In this document: positions 22,137 through 32,496 of the stretch, piece after piece
Numbering within the stretch: the first letter of the stretch is position 1
Layout of the letters: each line of letters starts with the position of its first letter
DNA from: a virus
IMG/VR virus record: IMGVR_UViG_3300023174_000104
Location: 32,689 to 96,688 of that record
Length of the DNA stretch: 64,000 bases
Reading direction: 5' to 3' (one strand)
The notes under the pieces: generated by a model
Told to the model about the DNA's origin: nothing
The model's database searches: none
The model's input: only the letters and a program-made list of their open reading frames with translations
Translations under genes and position numbers: made by a program

Positions 22137-23030
22137 ATGGCTCAATTTCCATCTTCTACTAGTGCTAGTGGCCTATGGTCATTAACAGATGTACGTAATA
22201 ATTTAATGGGATCAAACTGGCCATTAATGACTGTTTCATTAGTTGAATATTTAGTAGTAGCCGGCGGCGGCGGCGGAGCCGGTGGCGGCGGCGGAGCCGG
22301 TGGATATAGAACGGCAACTGGTTTTTCAGTATCCCCGGGCGTAGCATTAACTGTTACAGTAGGTGCAGGTGGAAGTGCTGGAGTAAACACTACAGGTAAC
22401 GGAACTTCGGGAAATGATTCAGCATTCAGTTCTATTACGTCCACCGGTGGAGGATATGGTGCAGGTGGTACATCCGGCACTAATCCACAAGGTGGTACAG
22501 GCGGTAGCGGCGGCGGTTCTTGGACTTATGCAGCCGCACTAAAAGCCGGAGGCGCCGGTAATACCCCATCAACCAGCCCGGCTCAGGGATATAATGGTGG
22601 GGCAACATATGCTACTAGCCCGGGAGCTAACGCCGGCGGAGGTGGTGGTTCATCTAGTCTTGGTTTGGGTCCTAATGGCAATGCAGGATCCGGTGGAGAT
22701 TCAGGTAGTGGCAATTACGGTGGTGTCGGTGGTTCGGGTACCACTTCAACTATTTCAGGTTCTTCAGTAACATATGCCGCGGGTGGCGGAGGTTATGTAT
22801 TACTTACTAATGCCGCCGGCGCCGCAAATACAGGTACCGGTGGAGGTGGTTCATCTAGTTCTGGTGGCGGCGCCGGCTTATCAGGGTACGCCGGCGGGTC
22901 TGGTGTCGTCATTGTACGTTATGCAGATAATTATCCAGCCGCAACATCTACCACTGGTTCACCAACAATAACAGTTGCCGGTGGGTACAGGGTATATAAA
23001 TGGACTACTAGTGGGTCAATAACATTTTAA
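22137..23030 (+). CDS. Glycine-rich tail-associated protein
   Basis: VEYLVVAGGGGG...GGSGVVIVRY glycine-rich phage domain. Confidence 0.65.
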   Translation: MAQFPSSTSASGLWSLTDVRNNLMGSNWPLMTVSLVEYLVVAGGGGGAGGGGGAGGYRTATGFSVSPGVALTVTVGAGGSAGVNTTGNGTSGNDSAFSSITSTGGGYGAGGTSGTNPQGGTGGSGGGSWTYAAALKAGGAGNTPSTSPAQGYNGGATYATSPGANAGGGGGSSSLGLGPNGNAGSGGDSGSGNYGGVGGSGTTSTISGSSVTYAAGGGGYVLLTNAAGAANTGTGGGGSSSSGGGAGLSGYAGGSGVVIVRYADNYPAATSTTGSPTITVAGGYRVYKWTTSGSITF

Positions 23031-23042
23031 ATAGGAAATTAA

Positions 23043-23399
23043 ATGAGTCATTTTGCAAAAATAGATGAAAACAACACAGTAACACAAGTTATTGTAATAG
23101 AACAAGATGTAGTAGATACAGGTCTATTTGGAGAGCCAAGCTCTTGGATTCAAACAAGTTATAACACCAGTGGCGGCGTACACAAATTAGGCGGTACACC
23201 ATTACGTAAAAATTATGCTGGTATAGGATATACATATGATGTAACAAGAGATGCATTTATACCACCTAAACCATTCAATTCATGGACATTAAATGAAGAT
23301 ACATGCTTGTATGAAGCCCCTACAATAATGCCAGATGATGGTAAAATCTATAATTGGGATGAAGAAACAACAAGTTGGGTTGAAGTAGTACAACCGTAA
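23043..23399 (+). CDS. Conserved phage protein (tail fibre accessory-like)
   Basis: MSHFAKID...WIQTSYN...RKNYAGIGYTYD...DAFIPPKPFNSW; follows the glycine-rich gene. Confidence 0.55.
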   Translation: MSHFAKIDENNTVTQVIVIEQDVVDTGLFGEPSSWIQTSYNTSGGVHKLGGTPLRKNYAGIGYTYDVTRDAFIPPKPFNSWTLNEDTCLYEAPTIMPDDGKIYNWDEETTSWVEVVQP

Positions 23400-23465
23400 A
23401 GATTAAATTGGATTAAATATATAGATGGGCTACACAAGTAGACCAATATAAAAAGAGAAATATAC

Positions 23466-25799
23466 ATGGCAATTACAAAGTTACAACCGTTCAATTTAGA
23501 CACAACCGCGAACTATACCTTTGCCAATGTAACCGCAAGTAATGTTAATGGTGCTAATTTAGTTAGCGCAAACTATGTTACTGGCACACTAACAACTGCC
23601 GCACAGCCAAATATAACAAGTACAGGAACATTGGTTAATCTAACTGTTTCTGGTAATACTTCTTTCACTGGCGCTAATGTGTCATTAGGTGCAGTTGGTA
23701 ATCTAAAAATTACCGGAGGTACTGCTAACTATGTACTACAAACAGATGGTGCAGGTAACTTATCTTGGGTCGCTGTAAGCTCTGGATCTACTAGTAACAT
23801 TAGTAATGGTAATAGTAACGTTAATATCCCATCAAGTAATGGCAACATCAACTTAACCGCTGTTGGTAATACTACAATGGTTGTTACTGGTACAGGCGTT
23901 AACGTAGCCGGTACATTAAACGTTACGGGAAATGCTACAGTTGGTAATTTAGTTACTTCGGGCTCTGGTGGCACATTATCTAATATCAATGTTATCTCAG
24001 CTAATACATTCACTGCGTCAGGTAATATTACTGCTGGTAATGCAAACCTCGGTAATGCAGTAAGAGCTAATTTCTTTATTGGTAGTGGTGCTAACTTAAC
24101 AAGCTTACCCGGTAGTAATGTTTCTGGACAAGTAGGTAATGCATTAGTAGCGGGAACAGTTTATACTGCGGCACAACCAAATATTACAAGTGTTGGTACA
24201 CTAACTGGTTTAACAAGTACAGGTACAGCTAATTTAATTGGTGCAAGCAATGTATCACTCGGACCAGTTGGTAATGTAAAAATTACAGGTGGTAGTAACG
24301 GTCAATACTTGCAAACAGACGGATCCGGAACACTAACTTGGTCTACCGTAAGTTCTGGATCAACAAGTAATATAAGTAATGGTAATAGTAATGTAAGTAT
24401 TGCATCAGCTAATGGCAATATTACTATGAGTAGTGCAGGCAATGCAAATATAGTAGTAGTAACAGGCACTGGTGTTAACGTAGCCGGTACATTAAACGTT
24501 ACGGGAAATGCCACTGTCGGTAATATTGTAACTTCTGGCTCAGGTGGTAATGTATCTAATGTTAATGTAATCAGTGCTAACACATTTATTGCAAGTGGTA
24601 ATATCTCAGCAAATAATATCAATACCACTGGTTCAGGTGGCAATATTGGTAATGCAAATGTTATTTCTGCTAATACATTCATTGCAAGTGGTAATATCAC
24701 AGCCGGTAATGCTAATTTAGGTAATCTAGTTACCGCTAATTTCTTTACAGGTAATGGTAGTCTATTAACTGGTATTTCAACGTCTAGCATATCAAACGGT
24801 AATAGTAATATTTCTATTCCAACAGCTAATGGTAATATTAACATCTCGGCAGGTGGAACACCAAATGAATTAGTAATTACTAGTACCGGTATTAATGTAG
24901 CCGGTACATTAAATGCTACAGGTAATGCTAATGTAGGTAATTTAGGTGCAACTGGAGTCATAGCAACTACATTAACCGGTTCGTTAACAACAGCCGCACA
25001 ACCAAATATAACTTCAGTTGGTACATTAACTAGTTTAACAGTTACTGGTAATATAACATCCGGCAATGCTAATTTAGGTAACTTAGTAACAGCTAACTTC
25101 TTTAGTGGTAATGGTAGTCTATTAACTGGTATTACAGTAAGCGCAGGTAATACTATTGTAAACGGAAATAGTAACGTAACTGTAACTGCAAACGGAAATG
25201 TCAATACAAGTGTATCCGGTAACGCAAACATTTTAGTAGTAACAGGTACAGGTGCAAATATTACTGGTACATTAAATGTATCTGGCAATACAACAGTCAG
25301 TAATTTAATATCATCAGGTACCGGAGGTAATATTAGTAATGCTAATGTTATAAGTGCAAATACATTTACTGCAAGTGGTAATATCACAGCTGGTAATCTG
25401 ATAACTAGTGGTAGTGGTGGTAATATTACCGGCGGCAATGTTATTTCCGCTAATACATTAATTGCATCTAATGTTAATCTTACCGCATATAAAGAAACTG
25501 TAGTTGCAGGTGGTAATACAGGTGCAGCTACATTAACTCCAAACGTAGCTACCGGAACTATATTTAACTACACTTTGACTGGCAATATTACTATTAATGC
25601 ATTGGGTAACGCCGTGGCTGGATCTAGTGCAGTATTGATATTAACACAAGACGGTACAGGTAACAGACTATTATCTAGTACGATGAAATTTGCTAGTGCA
25701 TCAAAAACATTGTCAACTGCGGCATCTAGTGTTGATATTATATCAGTTTTTTATGATGGTACCACATATTACGCAACATTGAGTAAAGGCTACGCATAA
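23466..25799 (+). CDS. Tail fibre-like protein
   Basis: 777 aa with the same repeats as upstream fibres; C-terminal LILTQDGTGNR...DIISVFYDGTTYY domain. Confidence 0.65.
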   Translation: MAITKLQPFNLDTTANYTFANVTASNVNGANLVSANYVTGTLTTAAQPNITSTGTLVNLTVSGNTSFTGANVSLGAVGNLKITGGTANYVLQTDGAGNLSWVAVSSGSTSNISNGNSNVNIPSSNGNINLTAVGNTTMVVTGTGVNVAGTLNVTGNATVGNLVTSGSGGTLSNINVISANTFTASGNITAGNANLGNAVRANFFIGSGANLTSLPGSNVSGQVGNALVAGTVYTAAQPNITSVGTLTGLTSTGTANLIGASNVSLGPVGNVKITGGSNGQYLQTDGSGTLTWSTVSSGSTSNISNGNSNVSIASANGNITMSSAGNANIVVVTGTGVNVAGTLNVTGNATVGNIVTSGSGGNVSNVNVISANTFIASGNISANNINTTGSGGNIGNANVISANTFIASGNITAGNANLGNLVTANFFTGNGSLLTGISTSSISNGNSNISIPTANGNINISAGGTPNELVITSTGINVAGTLNATGNANVGNLGATGVIATTLTGSLTTAAQPNITSVGTLTSLTVTGNITSGNANLGNLVTANFFSGNGSLLTGITVSAGNTIVNGNSNVTVTANGNVNTSVSGNANILVVTGTGANITGTLNVSGNTTVSNLISSGTGGNISNANVISANTFTASGNITAGNLITSGSGGNITGGNVISANTLIASNVNLTAYKETVVAGGNTGAATLTPNVATGTIFNYTLTGNITINALGNAVAGSSAVLILTQDGTGNRLLSSTMKFASASKTLSTAASSVDIISVFYDGTTYYATLSKGYA

Positions 25800-26782
25800 T
25801 GTTTAGTGCGGCAGTTGGTGGGTTTACATTTGGTGTACCCTCTCCGGCCCCCTCGCCCGCCCCTACTGCAACTGCAGGATGGAATGCAGGTGGCGGTTCT
25901 TCAGGGCAGATTTCTACCATAGATAGAATAACATTTGCAACTGATACAGCAACAGCTACTGCTAGAGGACCACTAGCAACTAATCAAAGTAATGCAGGTG
26001 GAGTAGGTACAACAACTGATGGATGGTTTGGAGGCGGATATTCCAATTCCCCGGCCCCTGGTACAAAAGTTTCAACCGTGCAACGTATTACATATGCCAC
26101 CGATACTACTACTGCTAGTACTAGAGGTTCTTTATCAATATCTAGCTTTGGTTTAGCATCATCAAGTGATAATACAACATATGGATGGTTTGGTGGAGGA
26201 TATACCCCATCAGCTCCCTATTATCTTTCTATTGTAAATAGAATAACATATGCATCTGACACCAATACGTCAAGTGTACGCGGCCCTTTAAGTATTATAG
26301 TATATTTACAAGCAGCAACAGGTGATCAAAATTATGGATGGTTCACCGGCGGAACAACGACCGGCGGGCCTAGTTCTACAACTTATATAGATCGTATTAC
26401 ATATGCCACCGATACTGCTACGGCCACAAATCGTGGAGCATTGTCATTAGCAACAAGAATGCATATGGCAGTAACTGACGGCACAACCTATGGATGGTTT
26501 GCAGGTGGTAGTCCAGGTATCAGTCTATCAACAGTACAGCGTATCACATTTGCAAATGATACTGCAACAGCAAGTAGTCGTGGTCCGTTAAACGCTACAA
26601 GATACTTAGCCTCAGGTACTTGTGACAATACATACGGATGGTTTGGTGGTGGATTTGTACCAGCTGGTACTTCTTCAACGACAACACGCATAACATATGC
26701 AACAGATACTGCTACATCAACAGATAGAGGTAACTTGTCTCAAGCTAGAACACGTGTAGCCGGCACCTCAGGTGTACAATAA
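25799..26782 (+). CDS. Tandem-repeat (beta-propeller-like) protein
   Basis: Six repeats GWFGGG-x-RITYATDTATAxxRGxL. Confidence 0.55.
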   Translation: MFSAAVGGFTFGVPSPAPSPAPTATAGWNAGGGSSGQISTIDRITFATDTATATARGPLATNQSNAGGVGTTTDGWFGGGYSNSPAPGTKVSTVQRITYATDTTTASTRGSLSISSFGLASSSDNTTYGWFGGGYTPSAPYYLSIVNRITYASDTNTSSVRGPLSIIVYLQAATGDQNYGWFTGGTTTGGPSSTTYIDRITYATDTATATNRGALSLATRMHMAVTDGTTYGWFAGGSPGISLSTVQRITFANDTATASSRGPLNATRYLASGTCDNTYGWFGGGFVPAGTSSTTTRITYATDTATSTDRGNLSQARTRVAGTSGVQ

Positions 26783-26793
26783 AAGGAATAATA

Positions 26794-26925
26794 ATGAGTA
26801 TAACAATAACAGGTGGAATATCATTAGGTGAAGGTTTAGGAATAACTGCCTCATTGCTATATACTTCTATAACATATGGTCATAATGTTGGTTATAAGAT
26901 TGAACAAGAAACTTTTAACAAATAA
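26794..26925 (+). CDS. Short ORF, possible gene remnant
   Basis: RBS AAGGA; MSITITGGISLGEGLGITASLL...NK* (43 aa). Confidence 0.35.
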   Translation: MSITITGGISLGEGLGITASLLYTSITYGHNVGYKIEQETFNK

Positions 26926-26994
26926 GTGCTACTAACATTCATAAAGCACTAGGTTTATAAACCAATCTTTTCAATTTAGATAAGTAGTTATCTA

Positions 26995-27432
26995 ATGAAT
27001 ACATTTCAATCATCTTACGACAATAGATTACAATCTTGGTATAACTTACGCAACCAAATCAAAAACTACGATTTAGGTCAACAATGCATAGAAATAGATA
27101 AATGGTGGCAAAAAGCCCCATTAGTTAACCACTATCTTCATCCAATTGATTTACCCACTTGGCCCGGTCCTTGGGAACTTTTGGTAGAAAACACCTATTG
27201 TACTCTTGCAAGAGGTCTAGGAATGTGCTATACTCTACTATTAATGGATATTACTAATATAGAATTCGTACTAGCTACTGATATTCAAGGAAATGACACA
27301 TCATTAGTCTTAGTAGATAACGCAAAATATGTGCTTAATTACTGGCCAAATACGGTGATAAGTAATAATCTAAAAGATTTTAAAATAGTAAGCAAGTTAG
27401 ATATAACAACAATTAATAATAAAATAGGGTAA
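26995..27432 (+). CDS. Hypothetical protein (possibly transglutaminase-like cysteine protease fold)
   Basis: WPGPWELLVENTYCTLARGLGMCYTL loosely resembles the BTLCP motif. Confidence 0.4.
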   Translation: MNTFQSSYDNRLQSWYNLRNQIKNYDLGQQCIEIDKWWQKAPLVNHYLHPIDLPTWPGPWELLVENTYCTLARGLGMCYTLLLMDITNIEFVLATDIQGNDTSLVLVDNAKYVLNYWPNTVISNNLKDFKIVSKLDITTINNKIG

Positions 27433-27435
27433 AAC

Positions 27436-29757
27436 ATGAAAATATACGTCACCAAAAGAGATGGGACAAAAGAGCCATTAATGTTAGAAAAATGGCAAGC
27501 ACAAGTAGCAAAAATATGTGTAGGGATAGCAGATGTTAGCCCTTCAATGGTAGAGATTAAATCACAACTACACTTCTATGATGGAATTTCAACTAAAGAA
27601 ATTGATGGAATTACATTACGTGCAGTAGTTGATTTGATTGATGTAGAAAACAATCCAGATATAGGACATACAAACTATCAATATGTAGCCGGTAAACAAC
27701 GTCTATCTATGCTTAGGAAAGATGTATATGGATCATACGAAGTTCCTCACCTCTACGAAATTGTAAAAACTAATGTAGCTACAGGATTATATACTAGCGA
27801 ACTACTAGAGTGGTATACTGAAGAAGATTGGAACAAGATGAATGACATACTTGACCATTCTAAAGACGAACAATATAGTTATGCCGCCATTGAGCAATTG
27901 ATTGAAAAATACTTAGTAAAGAATAGAAGCACAAAGGAAATATATGAAACTCCACAAATTAGATACATGGTTGCAGCCGCTACTGTCTTCCACAAAGAAG
28001 AGCCTAACAGTGCTAGAATGCGTTACATTAAAGAGTATTACAACGCTGCCAGCGATGGTCTTTTTACTCTTGCTACTCCTGTTCTCGCTGGTCTTGGGAC
28101 TCCTACTAAACAGTTTAGTAGTTGCGTACTTATCCGCAGTGATGATGACTTGGACAGTATTTTTGCTTCTGGAGAAATGATGGCTAAATATGCTAGCAAA
28201 CGTGCTGGCATTGGCTTAGAGATTGGCAGATTACGCCCATTAGGATCACCTATTCGTGGTGGTGAGATTATGCACACAGGCATGATACCTTTTTTAAAGA
28301 AATGGTTTGGCGACTTAAGAAGTTGCAGTCAAGGAGGTATTCGCAATGCTAGTGCTACAGTTTTTTATCCAATTTGGCATCATCAGTTTGATGATCTTAT
28401 TGTCCTTAAGAACAATCAAGGGACAGACGAAACACGTGTTAGGTTCATGGACTATGGGGTTGTTCTTAGTGCTTTCTTCTGGAGAAGATTTAAAAACAAA
28501 GAACAAATAACCTTCTTTGATCCTAATGAAGTTCCTGATCTTTATCAAGCATTCTATAGTAATACAGAATTGTTTGAAGAACTATATGTTAAATATGAAA
28601 AACGTAAAGACTTAAGAAAGAAAACAATGAATGCAGAAGATGTATTCAAAGGTGGAATTCTTAAAGAACGAACAGATACAGGACGTATCTATCTAGTGTT
28701 CGTTGACAATGTTATGAATCAAGGACCTTTTGATCCTGAATATCATACAATTTACCAGAGTAACTTATGCTGTGAAATTCTTTTACCTACTAAATCCTTT
28801 AAACGTTTGGATGACAGCGATGGTCGTATCGCTCTTTGCACATTGGGCAGTATCAATTGGGGTGCGTTCCGTAACCCAGAAGATATGCGCCGTGCTTGTC
28901 GCATATTGCATCGTAGCCTCAATAACATTCTTGACTATCAAGACTTTTTATCCATTCAATCTAAATTATCAAACGATGAAATCAGACCTCTTGGAATTGG
29001 AATCACTAATCTTGCCTACTGGCACGCCAAGCGAAGTTTCAAGTACGGAGAAAAAGACTCCTTGGCTGAAGTCAAGACGTGGATGGAACATCTATCCTTC
29101 TACTTAACTGAAGCAAGTGTGGAACTAGCACAAGAACGTGGACGCTGTGAACATAGTGATAAAACACGTTATGGTCAAGGTATCTTCCCCTGGGAATTAC
29201 GTGCTAAAGGTGTTAACGAATTAGCTAACTTTGAACCAGAACTTAATTGGGAAGCACTACGTGCTATGATGCGTAGTTATGGTGTCCGTAATGCTACACA
29301 AATGGCTGTAGCTCCTGTAGAATCTAGTTCTGTAGTTATTAACTCAACAAATGGTATTGAAATGCCAATGAGTTTAATCTCTGTAAAAGAAAGTAAAGCA
29401 GGAAGTTTTGTACAAGTTGTTCCAGAATATCATAGATTGAAAAATAAATATCAATTGATGTGGGAACAAAAAGATTGTGATGGTTACTTAAAGACAGCGG
29501 CAGTTATCGCAGCCTATGTAGATCAAAGTATAAGTACTAATACTTTCTATAACCCTGCACATTTCCCTGAACGTAAAGTTCCAACAACATTGATTGCTAA
29601 GAACTTAATGAACTTTTGGTATTGGGGCGGAAAAACCCTATACTATTCACTCATAAATAAAGCAGGTAGTAAAAGTCAAGACGAGACTGTATTGGATTTA
29701 CCAAGTGGATTTAACGACATTGATGATGAATCTGATTGTGAGTCATGTAAGCTTTAA
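27436..29757 (+). CDS. nrdA: Ribonucleotide reductase class Ia alpha subunit
   Basis: ATP cone VTKRDG; QFSSCVL, SNLCCEI, KTLYY and C-terminal CESC. Confidence 0.97.
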   Translation: MKIYVTKRDGTKEPLMLEKWQAQVAKICVGIADVSPSMVEIKSQLHFYDGISTKEIDGITLRAVVDLIDVENNPDIGHTNYQYVAGKQRLSMLRKDVYGSYEVPHLYEIVKTNVATGLYTSELLEWYTEEDWNKMNDILDHSKDEQYSYAAIEQLIEKYLVKNRSTKEIYETPQIRYMVAAATVFHKEEPNSARMRYIKEYYNAASDGLFTLATPVLAGLGTPTKQFSSCVLIRSDDDLDSIFASGEMMAKYASKRAGIGLEIGRLRPLGSPIRGGEIMHTGMIPFLKKWFGDLRSCSQGGIRNASATVFYPIWHHQFDDLIVLKNNQGTDETRVRFMDYGVVLSAFFWRRFKNKEQITFFDPNEVPDLYQAFYSNTELFEELYVKYEKRKDLRKKTMNAEDVFKGGILKERTDTGRIYLVFVDNVMNQGPFDPEYHTIYQSNLCCEILLPTKSFKRLDDSDGRIALCTLGSINWGAFRNPEDMRRACRILHRSLNNILDYQDFLSIQSKLSNDEIRPLGIGITNLAYWHAKRSFKYGEKDSLAEVKTWMEHLSFYLTEASVELAQERGRCEHSDKTRYGQGIFPWELRAKGVNELANFEPELNWEALRAMMRSYGVRNATQMAVAPVESSSVVINSTNGIEMPMSLISVKESKAGSFVQVVPEYHRLKNKYQLMWEQKDCDGYLKTAAVIAAYVDQSISTNTFYNPAHFPERKVPTTLIAKNLMNFWYWGGKTLYYSLINKAGSKSQDETVLDLPSGFNDIDDESDCESCKL

Positions 29758-29801
29758 TTAACTACTAATATTATTAGTCTTTGATTAAGATAAATAATAA
29801 T

Positions 29802-30566
29802 ATGAATTATAAAAAACACTACGATATGTTAATTGAACGGAGTAACAACCGAATACTTGAAGGCTATGTTGAAAAACATCACATAGTTCCCAAGTGTTTA
29901 GGCGGGACTGATGAAAAAAGCAACATATCAATATTAACACCTGAAGAACATTTTTTAGCACATCAGTTATTAATTAAAATGTATCCTGGTAATAGGGATT
30001 TAATATATGCTACTCAATTAATGACAGCTCACCAAACATCTGCTAGAGTGAACAATAAACTGTTTGGTTGGTTAAGAAAACAATGTGCGTTAGCAATGTC
30101 AACTCAGACTAAAAATTGGATATCAAAAAACGGTCATCCGCGAGGTATGTTAGGTAAAAAACATGATGTTAACAACATTGATGCTATAACAGCTGGCATA
30201 AAAAAGACAGCATTGGAAAAAAGGATTGAAGTACACACATATAACTTAGATGGATCTTTTTATAAAACATATAACTCGTTGATTGAATGTGCCAAAGATT
30301 TAGAAACAAATCCCTCAAATGTTAAGTACACCGCAGATGGTAACTTTGGGCATTGTAAGAATAAACAAATACGATATGACTATGTTGAATCTATGGCTGC
30401 GTATACTAAACCTTCTCCTCTAAGAGGAAAACAAAAATCAGAAGAACACATACTAAACTTGAAGAAAGCAAGAGAACAAAGATATACTTGTGTACACTGT
30501 GGATTTATTTCAGGCAAATCTACAATAACAAGATTTCACAACAACAACTGTAAAACAAAATTATGA
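29802..30566 (+). CDS. HNH homing endonuclease between nrdA and nrdB
   Basis: EKHHIVPKCLGG...LTPEEHFLAHQLL; mobE-like position. Confidence 0.85.
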   Translation: MNYKKHYDMLIERSNNRILEGYVEKHHIVPKCLGGTDEKSNISILTPEEHFLAHQLLIKMYPGNRDLIYATQLMTAHQTSARVNNKLFGWLRKQCALAMSTQTKNWISKNGHPRGMLGKKHDVNNIDAITAGIKKTALEKRIEVHTYNLDGSFYKTYNSLIECAKDLETNPSNVKYTADGNFGHCKNKQIRYDYVESMAAYTKPSPLRGKQKSEEHILNLKKAREQRYTCVHCGFISGKSTITRFHNNNCKTKL

Positions 30567-31663
30567 GTAAACAACAATACAACCTACACACTAAGACAGA
30601 TTATTTGAATAGAAAAATGTTTTTGGACCCGGAAGGTCCCGTAACCATTCAAAGGTTTGAAGAAGTAAAATATAAGAAGATTGCAGACTTTGAAACAACT
30701 GCACGTGGATTCTTTTGGGTTCCAGAAGAAGTATCATTAACAAAAGATGCTAATGATTTCAAAGAAGCAAGTGATGCAGTAAGACACATCTTTACTAGTA
30801 ACCTATTGCGCCAAACTGCATTAGACAGTTTGCAAGGTCGTGCACCAAGTCAAGTGTTTACTCCGGTAGTATCCTTGCCTGAATTAGAAGCATTGATTTA
30901 CAATTGGTCATTCTTTGAAACAAACATTCATAGCCGTTCATATAGTCATATCATTCGTAACATTTACAATGTGCCTAAAGAAGTATTCAATACTATCCAT
31001 GATACAAAAGAGATAGTTGATATGGCAAGTAGTGTTGGAAGATACTATGACGAACTACATAAAGTAAATTGCCGCAAAGAGTTAGGTGAAGATGTAAATG
31101 AAAAAGAACACATCAAAGCAATTTATATGGCACTACATGCTAGCTACGCATTGGAAGCATTTAGATTTATGGTATCATTCGCTACAAGTTTAGCAATGGT
31201 TGAGAACAAAATCTTTATTGGTAATGGTAACATTATCAGTTTAATTCTACAAGATGAATTGTTACATAAAGGCTGGACTGCCTACCTTATCAATCAAGTA
31301 GTAAAAGAAGATAGTCGTTTCGCACAAGTTAAATCAGAATGTGAAAGTGAAGTCTATCAGCTTTACATGGATGTTATACGTGAAGAAAAAGATTGGGCAG
31401 ACTATTTGTTTAAGATGGGTCCGGTTATTGGATTAAATGCCGCAGTGTTAAAAGACTTTGTTGATTATACTGCTATGGGTGCATTAAAAGATATCGGGAT
31501 TAGATATAATAATCCTGCGCCAAAGAGTACTCCTATTCCCTGGTTTACTAAACATAGTGATACTAGCAAGAAACAATCTGCACTTCAAGAAACTGAAAGT
31601 ACAAACTACGTTATAGGAATCATGTCAGAATCACTAGAGTATGATGACTTACCAAATATTTAA
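30563..31663 (+). CDS. nrdB: Ribonucleotide reductase class Ia beta subunit
   Basis: FFWVPEE, LDSLQ, ETNIHSRSY, EAFRF and DELLH di-iron motifs. Confidence 0.97.
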   Translation: MSKQQYNLHTKTDYLNRKMFLDPEGPVTIQRFEEVKYKKIADFETTARGFFWVPEEVSLTKDANDFKEASDAVRHIFTSNLLRQTALDSLQGRAPSQVFTPVVSLPELEALIYNWSFFETNIHSRSYSHIIRNIYNVPKEVFNTIHDTKEIVDMASSVGRYYDELHKVNCRKELGEDVNEKEHIKAIYMALHASYALEAFRFMVSFATSLAMVENKIFIGNGNIISLILQDELLHKGWTAYLINQVVKEDSRFAQVKSECESEVYQLYMDVIREEKDWADYLFKMGPVIGLNAAVLKDFVDYTAMGALKDIGIRYNNPAPKSTPIPWFTKHSDTSKKQSALQETESTNYVIGIMSESLEYDDLPNI

Positions 31664-31674
31664 AAGGAAATAAT

Positions 31675-31905
31675 ATGACAGCAATTATATGGTCAAAGTA
31701 CCATTGCCCTTACTGCGATCAAGCAAAGGCATTAATGACTCAAAAAGGTATCCAATTTGAAGAACGTAAAATTGGAGATGGATATACAAAAGAAGAATTG
31801 TTAGAAGCAATCCCAACAGCGAGAACAGTACCCCAAATTATTTTAGATGGGGTACTAATTGGTGGATTCACCGAACTTAAACAAAAATTAACAGAAAGTA
31901 TCTAA
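31675..31905 (+). CDS. Glutaredoxin
   Basis: CPYC, TVPQI, IGGF. Confidence 0.95.
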   Translation: MTAIIWSKYHCPYCDQAKALMTQKGIQFEERKIGDGYTKEELLEAIPTARTVPQIILDGVLIGGFTELKQKLTESI

Positions 31906-32210
31906 TGCAACTAGTATTAAAACAAAATAATGTGTATACATTTAAGCTCAGTTCCGGGGAGGAATTAATTGCTAAAGTAATTCAATCTGGTAGTGAGTTT
32001 ATTCAGATTGAAGAACCAGTATCCATTGCACCCTCACAACAGGGTATGCAAATGATTCCTAGCGTATTTACTGCAGATCCAAAGGGTGAATTTAGACTAA
32101 ATAGTAATAGTATTGTAATGTATGCAGAAACGGATGACAATATTAAAGACAAGTACCTAGAAGCAACAACTGGAATTAAGGTACCTAGTAAAAAAATCGT
32201 ATTGGGATAA
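31905..32210 (+). CDS. Conserved phage protein (Sm-like fold possible)
   Basis: TFKLSSGEELIAKV; resembles small T4-like phage proteins. Confidence 0.5.
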   Translation: MQLVLKQNNVYTFKLSSGEELIAKVIQSGSEFIQIEEPVSIAPSQQGMQMIPSVFTADPKGEFRLNSNSIVMYAETDDNIKDKYLEATTGIKVPSKKIVLG

Positions 32211-32211
32211 A

Positions 32212-32496
32212 ATGGCAAAACTAAGTCGTGTGGGTGATACAAATCAAGAAGGCGGTGCGATTCTGCGCGGCGCCGATACTGTATTTGCTAATGGAATTAA
32301 AGTAGGACTACATGTTAGTCAGATTACACCACACTCACCTTGGAGTAAGCGTAGCCATCCCCCGCATAAAGCAGCCACAACTACAGAGGGTAGTCCAACT
32401 GTGTTTTGTGAGGGCGTACCAGTACTCAGAGTAGGGTCAGGAAACAGTTGCGGTCATAGTATCGTACAAGGTAGTCCCGACGTTTATGTGCCATGA
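32212..32496 (+). CDS. PAAR-like spike tip protein (T4 gp5.4-like)
   Basis: RVGD...GSPTVFCEGVPVLRVGSGNSCGH...GSPDVYV. Confidence 0.85.
   Translation: MAKLSRVGDTNQEGGAILRGADTVFANGIKVGLHVSQITPHSPWSKRSHPPHKAATTTEGSPTVFCEGVPVLRVGSGNSCGHSIVQGSPDVYVP

Noticed and set aside
3420-25438. Many minus-strand ORFs (up to 378 aa) opposite the fibre genes
   Set aside because: Antisense shadows of repetitive GGT/AAT/ACT codons, giving low-complexity LP/PV-rich products with no RBS.
1087-26782. Possible diversity-generating retroelement acting on fibre genes
   Set aside because: No reverse transcriptase, and no repeat pair differing only at adenines was seen in this window.
27436-31663. Intron or intein in nrdA/nrdB
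   Set aside because: Both ORFs are contiguous and of normal length; the HNH gene is free-standing between them.
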